DNA of 64,000 nucleotides from Octopus sinensis (lineage: Eukaryota): the NCBI RefSeq assembly GCF_006345805.1, contig NW_021835233.1:194514-258513 (forward strand). The letters are read 5' to 3'. The position numbers and the translations under genes were made by a program. Numbering within the stretch: position 1 is the stretch's first letter; each line of letters begins with the position of its first letter. Below the pieces are notes generated by a model, which worked only from the letters and a program-made list of their open reading frames with translations, was not told the origin of the DNA and did not search any database. This document shows, piece after piece, positions 27,269 to 38,313 of the stretch.

Positions 27269-27269
<1 letters not shown>
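25709..27269 (+). mobile_element. Non-autonomous composite Helitron
   Basis: A|TCTCTTATTATAAAAGGCAG start at 25709 and hairpin + CTAG|T end at 27266-27269. An internal segment from about 26880 matches the body of the 28117 copy. Confidence 0.72.
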
Positions 27270-27303
<34 letters not shown>

Positions 27304-27622
27304 CACACACACACACGCACACACACATATATATATATAAATTAGGAAAAAAAACACCTTTTATCAATTCAATAATGAAAAATTCAATTATACCATCTAG
27401 AAAAATTACATCTTATAGAAAAATTAAATATACGATAAAACATATAACAATGATTAAGTAATGTGTAAAATAATAAATAAAATGTATATATTTGGTAGAA
27501 TAACGACATGTGTTTCATGGCTCTCTCTCTCTCTCTCTCTCTCTCATATGGGAAGTACCCAAGCTTGGCCATAGCCTGAGGGCTGAAACATATAAATGAA
27601 TGAAAGAATATATATATATAAA

Positions 27623-27687
<65 letters not shown>

Positions 27688-28116
27688 CACACACACACAC
27701 ACACATATATGATAGGTTTCTTTTAGTTTCTTTGTACCCAATCTATTCACAAGGCTTCAGTTGGTCCAGGGGTAGAGTAGAAGGTACTTGCCCAAGGTTC
27801 CATGCAGTGGGACAGAACCGAGAACCATGTGATTGAGAAGGAAACAGTTTAAATTTTCTTTGATTTAATTTGTCCCTTAATGCTAGAATCCTTAACATAA
27901 GCTTAGAGCTATTTCAGTTTAATTACGTATTATCTATATTAAGAAGTAAGGGTCTTTGGCATTAAACTATTATCAAGCTTATAATATTATCATTATAGGG
28001 ACAACTCTTCTGCGAAACGATCGTAAGATGCTTAAATAATTAATTCAAAACTTTTAAACTATCAAATTTATTTTATACATTATATTTATATTTTTATATT
28101 TATTTATTTATATATA

Positions 28117-28511
28117 TCTTTATATATAAAAGTGAAGTTGTGTGTCTGTCTCCTACGATTTAGATTCCTAACTACTCCCACATTTTGCGGTGCAGTGTAA
28201 CCAAAAGCGGGTATCTTATAGTTGTGATTCATATCGAGCCCTTCTGGGTATTAGCGTGCGTCTACGATGAGTCTACGATTTAAAAAAAAATTTACCATAA
28301 TTTTTTCCCATTTTTAATGCATTTTTTTGCTATTATATAAGGGAAGTAACTCTCTAAAAACGTATTATTAAATCTCAGAATGTAAAAAGCTACAGTAACA
28401 CCCCCCTTTATGGTTAGCCATATTGAGATGGCTATTATACTTTACATCTCTAAAAATGCTTATATAGTTATTTCCCTTACAAACCCGAGCAACGCCGGGC
28501 GATACTGCTAG
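28117..28511 (+). mobile_element. Non-autonomous Helitron (about 395 bp)
   Basis: A|TCTTTATATATAAAAGTGAAGTTG ... cccgagcaacgccgggcgatactgCTAG|T. Confidence 0.82.
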
Positions 28512-28659
28512 TTTTTAATACAATAAGTTCTTTCACACGGGTATATCATCATGATGAGTTTGGATATTAATTTTCTTATATTAATAATAATAATATATTA
28601 TATATTAACCTTATAAAAGACATTTTCAAAAGTTCTGTGTATTTTCTGTTTACTTCCAG

Positions 28660-28762
28660 GCGTTTGCCCTTGCGGAACAGCATCCAAAGTACAAACAAGA
28701 TGTCTATATCCCTCATGCCCAGTACCTTGCGGAGGCTGATATGTTTGAAGAAGCACAACAAG
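28660..28762 (+). CDS. IFT122: IFT122 coding exon, phase 0-1
   Basis: ttccag|GCG TTT GCC...CAA CAA G|gtcgaa; [34 protein letters not shown]. Resembles IFT122 [34 protein letters not shown]. Confidence 0.93.
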
Positions 28763-28989
28763 GTCGAATACCATGTTTTATGCTCTTTTGGTTTTTTTGT
28801 TTTTTTTCAATCATTATTTTCAGGATATTTGTAAATATTTTTTTCTACTCTCGGCATAAGGCCCAAATGGGATGCTTAATTATTCACATTGTTTTGAATT
28901 ACTCATGCATTATCTTGTAGCTTTGAGATTTTGATGTTGTAATTACTTATTCTCAGAACGACATCGTAGGGTAGGTGTGAGAAGCTGGA

Positions 28990-29198
28990 GCCACGAGGCG
29001 GGTGCGCTATTGGGCGGCGTCGCCGTTCACGTTTTAGCGGTAGTAGCACGTCCACCTCCCGGTCGTTTCGGCCCGCACGGTTCCTCCGAGGGTGCTCTTC
29101 GCCGAGTGTCTGAGGCGGCCGGTACGTTCACTGTGAATAAATTAGAGTGCTCAGAGCGAGCCCCGCCGGCTTGCATACGAAAAGCATGGAATATTTTG
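28990..29198 (+). pseudogene. 18S rRNA fragment (V4 region) inserted in intron
   Basis: GC/CpG-rich island containing ggtgctcttcgccgagtgtc...ggccggtacgttcactgtgaataaattagagtgctcagagc...gcatggaata. Resembles the conserved 18S segment after V4 (CGTTTACTTTGAAAAAATTAGAGTG...GCATGGAATAAT). Confidence 0.75.
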
Positions 29199-29541
29199 GC
29201 TAGATTTGGCCAGTTTGAATAGTGAAAGGTCAAAGTAAGATAACTTTTAGTAATCTGCAGAGATCAGAAAACAAGGTTAAACAATAATTTCTTGACCACC
29301 ATTTACTAACACCAAATTGTGACCACCCCAACTAAACCCATTTTTTATGCTTTCTCTGTCATAAATCTATTTTGATGGATGCTCACTGTCTTCATTTCAT
29401 AGCAACAATAATTGTAATTGCTAATGTTGCAGCATAGATTTAATTAGATATGAAAGCCAACAGCCAGTAACATTCTGACTAAATCAATTGTGACCGACCA
29501 GGAAGTGGTTGAAGATGTCTTATCTTTCTTTCTATTTATAG

Positions 29542-29682
29542 CCTACCATAAAGCCGGCCTGGTGGATGCTGCTGTGAAAGTTTTGGAGCAACTGGCTTTT
29601 AACGCTGTCAAGAAGAATCGGTTCTGTGATGCTGGATTTTATTTCTGGAAATTGTCATTCCAGTGCTTGGATATTGCTCGAG
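29542..29682 (+). CDS. IFT122: IFT122 coding exon, phase 1-1
   Basis: ttatag|CC TAC...CGA G|gtaatg; (A)[46 protein letters not shown]. Resembles IFT122 [47 protein letters not shown]. Confidence 0.95.
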
Positions 29683-29832
29683 GTAATGTCAGATATCCCA
29701 CCGTGAACAAGATTAATTATTCCATCTCACTTTTCAGCACAACCCTTGGAAGAATGACTACAAATTATAACATAAACAATATTTATATATATACATATAT
29801 ATGTATATATGTATATAATATATATATACATA

Positions 29833-29870
<38 letters not shown>

Positions 29871-29945
29871 CATATATATGTATATATGTATATATACGTA
29901 TATCTATGTGTGTGCATATATATGTATATATATGTGTATATATTT

Positions 29946-29993
<48 letters not shown>

Positions 29994-30142
29994 TATATAT
30001 ATACATGTATATATATACATACATATGCATATTTATGAGTGCATATGTGTTTGTGTGCGTAATATATATATGTAGAATATTCATGTACACATACACATAT
30101 ATATACCTATATATATGTATGTGTATATAATTCACATATGTT

Positions 30143-30210
<68 letters not shown>

Positions 30211-30212
<2 letters not shown>

Positions 30213-30348
30213 CATATAATTAAGGGCTAAAGAGGGTTATTCTAAAGCCAAATACACTGTTTTATCCACTTATAATCCGCGGATTATAAGTGGATAAAAC
30301 AGTGTATTTGGCTTTAGAATAACCCTCTTTAGCCCTTAATTATATGAT
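30211..30348. repeat. Perfect 138-bp palindrome, no spacer
   Basis: The two 69-nt halves are exact reverse complements centred on ccg|cgg (30279/30280); checked base by base. Confidence 0.95.
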
Positions 30349-30446
30349 GTATATTGCAACCGTAACGGTTTTTTTAAATATACTGCCCACGCTTCCTGAT
30401 GAATTCCTTTGCTGTAGAGTAAGGGACTTCATCCTATATTGCTTAG

Positions 30447-30534
<88 letters not shown>

Positions 30535-30572
30535 ATTTATATATATATATATATATGTATATATTATATATA

Positions 30573-30658
<86 letters not shown>

Positions 30659-30878
30659 TTATATGCATATATATGTGTGTGTGTATGTCTATATACCTAT
30701 AGCTATACATGACCTATACATATGTTTGTGTGTATAATATGATTATTATAAATGACTTCAAGTAGTATATAGAGTTGAAGCCACTTATTATAATTATCTA
30801 ACAGTCTTGGCTAAGGTTATCGACCAGTAATTTAATGGATCCAAAACTCCTGATGATTTTTACACATTACATATGTAC

Positions 30879-30945
<67 letters not shown>

Positions 30946-32399
30946 ATAATGGCCTCTCCAATCAGTTACCACATACGAATGTCTTGTCGCTTGTTCGAGC
31001 AAACGAGTTGCTTTCTGAATTAATGTGTGATGTCATTGATAGTTCAACAGATACATGTACCTTTAACATAGTTCGCATGTAGAATCAATGGGATACAATC
31101 ATGGCCAGCTTGGACCCCTGTATTACATGTGCCGTCCATCCCATGGGTTTCTATGCAGTTTCGAGTGAGGTCATTGCCAGTACCGCCTGACTGGCCCCGT
31201 GCCGGTGGCACATAAAAAGCACCCACTACACTCTCGGAGTGGTTGGCGTTAGGAAGGGCATCCAGCTGTAGAAACTCTGCCAGATCAAGATTGGAGCCTG
31301 GTGCAGCCATCTGGTTTGCCAGCTCTCATTCAAAATCGTCCAACCCATGCTAGCATGGAAAGCAGACGTTAAACAATGATGATGATGATGTCTGTTATGT
31401 TTGACTGCCATGAGGTTATGGTAAAGACAGTGGGCCAAGGTACCATGGAGTGGTGCTACGCGAAGGACATCATGAATGTGAAGTGTATATATGTGTAGCT
31501 TTGTCTGCCCTCAAACACATACACATGTATGCACACACTCATACACACACCTATATATGAAGTCTGATCAAAAAGTATTGATGCTGTTGTTATAGTAACA
31601 GAGGTGAGATGGCAGTATCGTAAGCACACCAGGCGTAATGCTTAGCGGTATTTCGTCTGCCGCTACGTTCTGAGTTTGAATTCCACCGAGGTTGACTTTG
31701 CCTTTCATCCTTTTGGGGTCGATTAAATAAGTACCAGTTATGCACTGGGGTCGATATAATCGACTTAATCTGTTTGTCTGTCCTTGTTTGTCCCCTCTGT
31801 GTTTAGCCCCTTGTGGGTAATAAAGAAATAGGTATTTTGTCTGCCGCTACGTTCTGAGTTCAAATTCTGCCAAGGTCGACTTTGCCTTTCATCCTTTCGG
31901 GGTCGATAAATTTAATACCAATTACGCACTGGGGTTGATATAATCGACTTAATCCCTTTGTCTGTCCTTGTTTGTCCTCTCTGTGTTTAGTCCCTTGTGG
32001 GTAGTAAAGAAATAGGTATAGTAACAACAGAGAGCTAGTACAGCAGAGTACACAGACTGAAGCCACTTGGCACAGACTGACCGTAAACTCTGTCGTGCAA
32101 GTACTCTAAATTATAAAATTCTCATGCCCTTCTGTTGTTTACAACAGTGCTTGGAAGTACAGCGTGTAGAATGTGGTCATCTCACCACACCATAGCGTAT
32201 CCATCAGTGACCATGGCAGAGAAAATGTGTGTGTGTGTGTATGGAAAGAGATATATATGGCTTAAAGATTATTACAGCCAAGAATCTTTCCAAAAATCAA
32301 ATTCTATTGGAAAAGAACAAGATTCCAAGATATCAAGGAAATCCAAGGATATGTGATGAAAAAACCCCAATAATTGAACTAAATATCTTGCCCACGGGC

Positions 32400-33235
32400 A
32401 TGTGGCATAGTGGTTAAGAGCATGGCCAAGATTCCGGGTTCAATGTCAGGCAGTGACCTGAATAATAATAATAATAATAAGTGCCCTGATGCAGTACCAG
32501 ACAGTGGCTCTCAATGCTTCTGATCTTAACTGATTGGAAGTGTTATCAGGTACATTGTTTTGTCTTGGTAAAAAAGATGGGCTAGAGCAAATATTCTGTT
32601 CAATACCACAGATTTGCTTGTCAGTTGTTTGACCTTAACCAGTTGAGCATGTCCCTTAGTGGCTGACGATATGTGCATCTCTGTTCATGAGCAGAAGTAG
32701 TGGGGGAGCATCATAGCCATGTGTTGAGAGGGATTATTTGGGGTTTGAATAATTCAATTCTGGAAACATGGGTGTTTCATTCAACATCCTTAAACAACCC
32801 TTATTCAGGGACCTTTTGAGCGAGATGGGCTACTCGACCAGAAGAAAATTCTAACTGGGCCCTGCTTGCAAGGTCATGCGCTGTTTATCTTGATATGAGA
32901 TCACCATGCCATGTACATATGGTTGTGAAGCATGTGCCTGGTGTACCGTTATCAGTTGGGTAGTCATGATGCGTATACTGGGCTTCGTATATTTTACCCC
33001 AGTGTCACATTGATGGCATGCACTGCTCTCTCATTCAATAATAATATTAGTAACATCAAAAAATACCTTAGGAATGAGAACCCAGGTTCGTAATTTCTCC
33101 AAGAAACCTAATGCGGGCTGGAGAGTATATCAGCCGAAACGGTGTGTTAACAACAAAAGATGAGGACAAATATCCGCCAAATGTAAATAATGTAAATATC
33201 TTGATTATTATGATATTTATTATGTGAATTTTGAA
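32400..33235 (+). mobile_element. tRNA-headed SINE-like element with hammerhead-like 3' module, interrupted by an (AAT)n-flanked element
   Basis: A box TGGCATAGTGG at 32403 and B-box-like GGTTCAATGTC at 32438, then gcagtgacctg(AAT)n. After the insertion: aaataccttaggaatgagaacccagg...GGCTG-10nt-CAGCC GAAAC... Confidence 0.72.
32482..33036 (+). mobile_element. About 555-bp non-coding element flanked by (AAT)n
   Basis: tgccctgatgcagtacc...cactgctctctcattc(AAT)n. Near-identical copy at 59829-60375; 5'-truncated copy at about 51951-52099. Confidence 0.8.
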
Positions 33236-33602
33236 GATGTTAACTGTCAAATCTTAAAAGGAAATGTCTGGTTCAACAACTTTGATTGACAGGTGTTGAG
33301 GGAAAAATACTAGATTTAAATATAATGGAAATGTACAAGAACTATTTATATAATTATGTTTACTTGTATAGTTTCTATAAAAGTTTAAAATTTTGCAGTT
33401 TTTTTTTTTCATAATTTGTCTGTCATTTTATCGTTTACTTTTTTTACTTCCGTCACTAGACTGCTACCATGCTGGGGCACCTCTTTGGAGAATTTTAGTT
33501 GAATGGATTCACCCCAGTATTTTTTTAAAAAGCTTGGTACTTATTTGGTTGGTCTCTTTTATCAAACCACTAAGTTACAAGGATGTTTAGCAAGTATAGA
33601 TT

Positions 33603-34070
33603 CAGTTCTATATTTAAGAGACGAGGAATTATGTACATTATTTACATTTGACAGATATTTGTCCTCATCTTGTTTGTTGTTAACACATTTTGGCTGATAT
33701 ACCCTCAAGCCTTCATCAGGTGTCTTGGGGGAATTTTGTACCTGGGTTCTCATTTCTAAGGTATTTTTCAGGGTGTTGTTGTCATTGTAATCATTATTCA
33801 GGTCACTGCCTGGAATTGAATTTGGAAACTTGGAGTTTGTAGCCTGTGCTCTTAACTCCAAGATTCCAAGTTCAATTCCAGGCAGTGACCTGAATATTAA
33901 TAATAATAATAACAACAACAACAACAACAACATTGAAAAATACCTTTGGAATGAGAATCCCGGTCTGAAATTTCCCCAAAACACCTGATGAAGGCTGGAG
34001 GGTGTATCAGCCGAACTGTTGTGTTAACAACAAACAAGATGAGGACAAATATCCATCAAATGTAAATAAT
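33603..34070. mobile_element. Head-to-head pair of the same hammerhead-bearing SINE-like element
   Basis: Left arm about 33637-33837 is the reverse complement of right arm 33854-34070, with a 16-nt spacer. CTGATGA cores at 33985 (+) and about 33719 (-). Confidence 0.78.
33980..34025 (+). ncRNA. Degenerate minimal type I hammerhead motif
   Basis: AACAC-CTGATGA-A-GGCTG(10)CAGCC-GAACT-GTT-GTGTT. The GAAAC block is mutated here but intact in the 33136 copy. Confidence 0.55.
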
Positions 34071-37000
34071 GGAGTATAGACGTGTTTTGATTGTTTAGCT
34101 TGGTGATGTACTGATTAGGTGATGGCTGCATGCAAATGACGAATTAACACTCACTAAATATAGCAATTTGTATTTTGTTGGAGATGTGTTGTAAGATGTT
34201 GTGGCATTCTGGTATGTACTGTATAAACACAAAGGGAGCGAGCGAATATATTACCTGAAAGTACCTGCTGTGAGAGAGGCATACCAACACCACGTGTAGG
34301 GCACCGAAGCAACAAGCAAGAGCTAGTAGTCCTAATTGTGGGCAGTGAGCACCCAAAGGAAAAAGAAGTTGACGAATACCAGTTGGGCTCCTTTTAAGCA
34401 ATTCACAACTTCTGTTAAGGGGTTGTTCACTTTGTCCCTTCCAGTCAGTTTATGTTTAACCCCCCCCATGGTAATCCAGGCAGGCACGACAGGCATGCTA
34501 CATATGTAAACACAGAGGTTGTCAAATGGTGGTGAGGGACAAACACACCTGCACACACACACACACCTGCGCACACACATACACACACACATACACACAC
34601 ACTGAAATGCACATGATGGAGTTCTTTCAGTTTCTGTCTCCCAAACCCATTTGAGAGGCTTTGGTTGGCTTGCGGCTATACTCTTTTACTTGTTTCAGTC
34701 ATTTGACTGTGGCCATGCTGGAGCACCACCTTTAGTTGAGCAAACTGACCCCAGGACTTATTCTTTGTAAGCCTAGTACTTATTCTATCGGTCTCTTTTG
34801 CTGAACCACTAAGTTATGAGGATGTAAACACACCAGCATAGGTTGTCAAGCGATACTGGGGGGATAAACATATACACACACATACACACACCTATATATA
34901 TACATACGACAGGCTTCTTTCAGTTTTCATCTACCAAATCCGCTCACAAGGCTTTAGGTGGCGTTGGCCTGATGCTATAGTAGAACACACTAGCCGAAGG
35001 TGGCACACAGTGGGACTGAACCCAGAACCATGTGGTTCGTAAGCAAGCTACTTACCTCACAGCCACTCCTACGCCCATAGTAAAAAACACTTGTCCAAGG
35101 TTCCACACAGTGGGTCTGAACCTGGAACCATATGGTTCAGAAAAAAGCCTCTTACCGCACAGCTACCCCTGTGCCTAGAGAAGTATCTATATAATTATGC
35201 TGTCTCTCGTATAGTTTCTATAAAAGTTTAAAATTTTGCAATTTTAAAATTTTTTTTGCAATAATTTGTCTAGTTTCATTCTGTGAAAGATTTTTTCTTG
35301 TGACAGGTTAAATTGATGTCTTCTTTAGCTGGGTTTTTTTTTTTTTTGATCTGCCATATTCAGTGAAATAATTCTAAGTTTATATAATTTTCTTGTTCAT
35401 ACTGAAATAGTTTGCTAGTTTAGATGTGGTGTGATTTTAAAGATTAAAATTTTTTTTTTTGCTTTTTCTATTAATTTAACATATAAGCAATAGCTGAAAT
35501 AATGAATGCTTGCTTCTAATTATGCGACTAAAAGTCTTATATGGTTTTTCAATTTGATATAAACCATGATTTTTGTGCTTTTAGTTAAGTGATCAAAATA
35601 ATAATACATTCAAATTTACCCATTATATGATGAGTAACACTCTAGTTTCATAATAATATAGATATCAATTTGAAATTTTTTCTTTTTTCCTTAATATTCC
35701 AGAATTTTTGTATAAGCGGTATTTTATCTTTTTTGTATTTTTTCCTTTCTCAGAATTATAGTTTTTATTTTATTTTTTTTTTGTATAACATCGTTGTTTT
35801 GTTGTTGATTTTTAAAAAAAAAATAATTTCAACCTGTTTAAGCATGGCATTTATTTTTGGTATTTAGTTTTTTTTTCTCTCATATCAAATGTGATAAATA
35901 CATTGAAATGATTTAGATATGCTATAAAGTATTCCAAATTAAATTAGGCAGTATATAGATTATGTTTATAATGCAGATCAGCATGAATATGGTGAGGGTG
36001 TACAACATAGTTTAATGATTAGCCTATTAAGAAATTATGAAAGTTTTGTGTAAAGCTATAGACCCGCCACTCATCAGATGGGCATATTTTTTATTGAAGT
36101 TGAACACTGCCACAAAAAATGGCTTTGTGTACAGGATTTCCCCAGCACTCATTTTGCTTCTCCTTTGGTTATTGGTTCTGCTCAATGTTGATTTAGAGCA
36201 TGACCATCTCATGAATGTGTGGGAATTGTAACTTCACATGAAACTCTTAAATAGGGTATCATTTATTAATATGATCAACTATAAACTCTATTACCCACAC
36301 ATACGAACACGCACAAACACACACATATCTGTATAAATATATATGTACTTGTATAAATGTGTGTATATGTGTATATATATACATACACACAACGTAGCTG
36401 TATGGTAAGAATCTTGCTTTCCAACCACACAGATTTGGGATTCAGTCCCACTGTGTGGTACCTTGGGCAAATGTATTCTATGATAGCCTTGGGCTGGCCA
36501 AAGCCTTGTGAGTGGATTTGGCAGATGGAAACTGAAACAAACCTCGTCCTATAAATATATATATATATATATACATACATATATATATATGTATATATAT
36601 GTATGCATGTATCTGTTTGTGTCTTTGTTCCCTCACCATCACTTGACAACCGATGTTGGCGTGTTTATGTCCCTGTAACTTAGCAGATTGGCAAAAGAAA
36701 CTGGCAGATTAAGTGCCAAGCTTACAAAGAATAACTCCAGGGGTAGATTTCTTCAACTAACAGGTGGTGTTCCAGCATGGCCACAGTCAAAATGGCCGAA
36801 ACAATTCAAAGAATAAAAGAACATGTATATATATGTGTGTGTATGTGTGTGTGTGTATATATATATATATATCATCATCATCATCATCGTCGTTTAACGT
36901 CCGTTCTCCATGCTAGCATGGGTTGGACGGTTCGACCGGGGATCTGGGAAGCCAGAAGGCTGCACCAGGCTCCAGTCTTATCTGGCAGTGTTTCTACAGC

Positions 37001-37203
37001 TGGATGCCCTTCCTAACGCCAACCACTCCGTGAGTGTAGTGGGTGCTTTTTACATGCCACCTGCACAGGTGCCAGGCGAGGCTGGCAACGGCCACGGTCG
37101 GATTGGTGTATTTTATGTGCCACCGGCACGGAAGCCAGACGAGGCGGTGCTGGCATCGGCCACGAGTCGGATATATATATATATATACATACATATGCAT
37201 ACA

Positions 37204-37279
<76 letters not shown>

Positions 37280-37301
37280 TGTATATATATATATACATAC
37301 A

Positions 37302-37335
<34 letters not shown>

Positions 37336-38279
37336 CATACATATACACACCCACACACTCAGGTTCTTGATGAATATACATATATTTGTGTGTTTGTATG
37401 CACATACATATATTCAAAATACAACTCCTTTTTCATTGAGAAATTCTGTGTATCTTTATATCAGACCTTGTTAGTTCAAATGGAACAAAACAAATTTTTA
37501 GAAATCCATCTATATTAACTTTTCCAGACTATCTCAGCCTTATTTTCAGGATGCAGTGTAGCTTTGACTTGCCTGCTACATTTTTAAAGTGGGTGGCTTT
37601 ATGTTTATGCAGACTTTACACCCAAAATTAAATTCTTTGAGAGTTTAGAGCTCTTTGTCATTGGATTCACATTTTCAACATGTATACATTGTATGTTAAT
37701 TGTAGTCTTGTGTTATGATATTAGAATTACTTTCTTAATCAAGTGTTTGTTTCTGTGGAGAGTTCTATAAAGTATGGATATATTTTCTGCTAATGTTTTA
37801 CTATCTAGCTTAATGGTGTGTATAGTAGTATGCTGCTAATGCTCTTTGTTTTAAATGCATAGTGCACTTACAAGGGAAAGTTATATTGTCTGTCTGACCA
37901 AATGAGGCAGTTGGAGTCATGATATTTGCAACTTCATTTTTATAATAAAATTTATAAATTACGTTGGTTATTCCTAGTTTCTTCTCAAGATTTCTTGTTT
38001 GTGGTGAGTTGTTAATTAGGTAGTGGTGGTAAGGTGTCAGGGTGGGATCTAGAGGTAGAAAGATATGAAGAGAGGCTTCTTTCAGCTTTTGTCTACCAAT
38101 ACGATTTAGAAGGCTTTGGTTGGTGCTGGGCTTTTGCAGAAGACACCAGCCCAGGGACATGAAGGGACTGGATGTGAAATATGATGGAGAAGTGAACTTC
38201 TTAACCATGCAGCCAAGTCTGTGTCTATGTGCATGTGTGTGTGTTTGTGTGTATGTGTGTGTGTGTGTGTGTACAAATA

Positions 38280-38313
<34 letters not shown>

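Noticed and set aside
28977-29233. GC-rich overlapping ORFs on both strands
   Set aside because: Explained by the 18S rRNA fragment.
29490-29957. 155-aa ORF as a full CDS
   Set aside because: Only 29542-29682 is IFT122-like; the rest is intron and (TA)n.
33562-33984. 140-aa minus-strand ORF
   Set aside because: By-product of the SINE palindrome and its (TTG/TTA)n linker.
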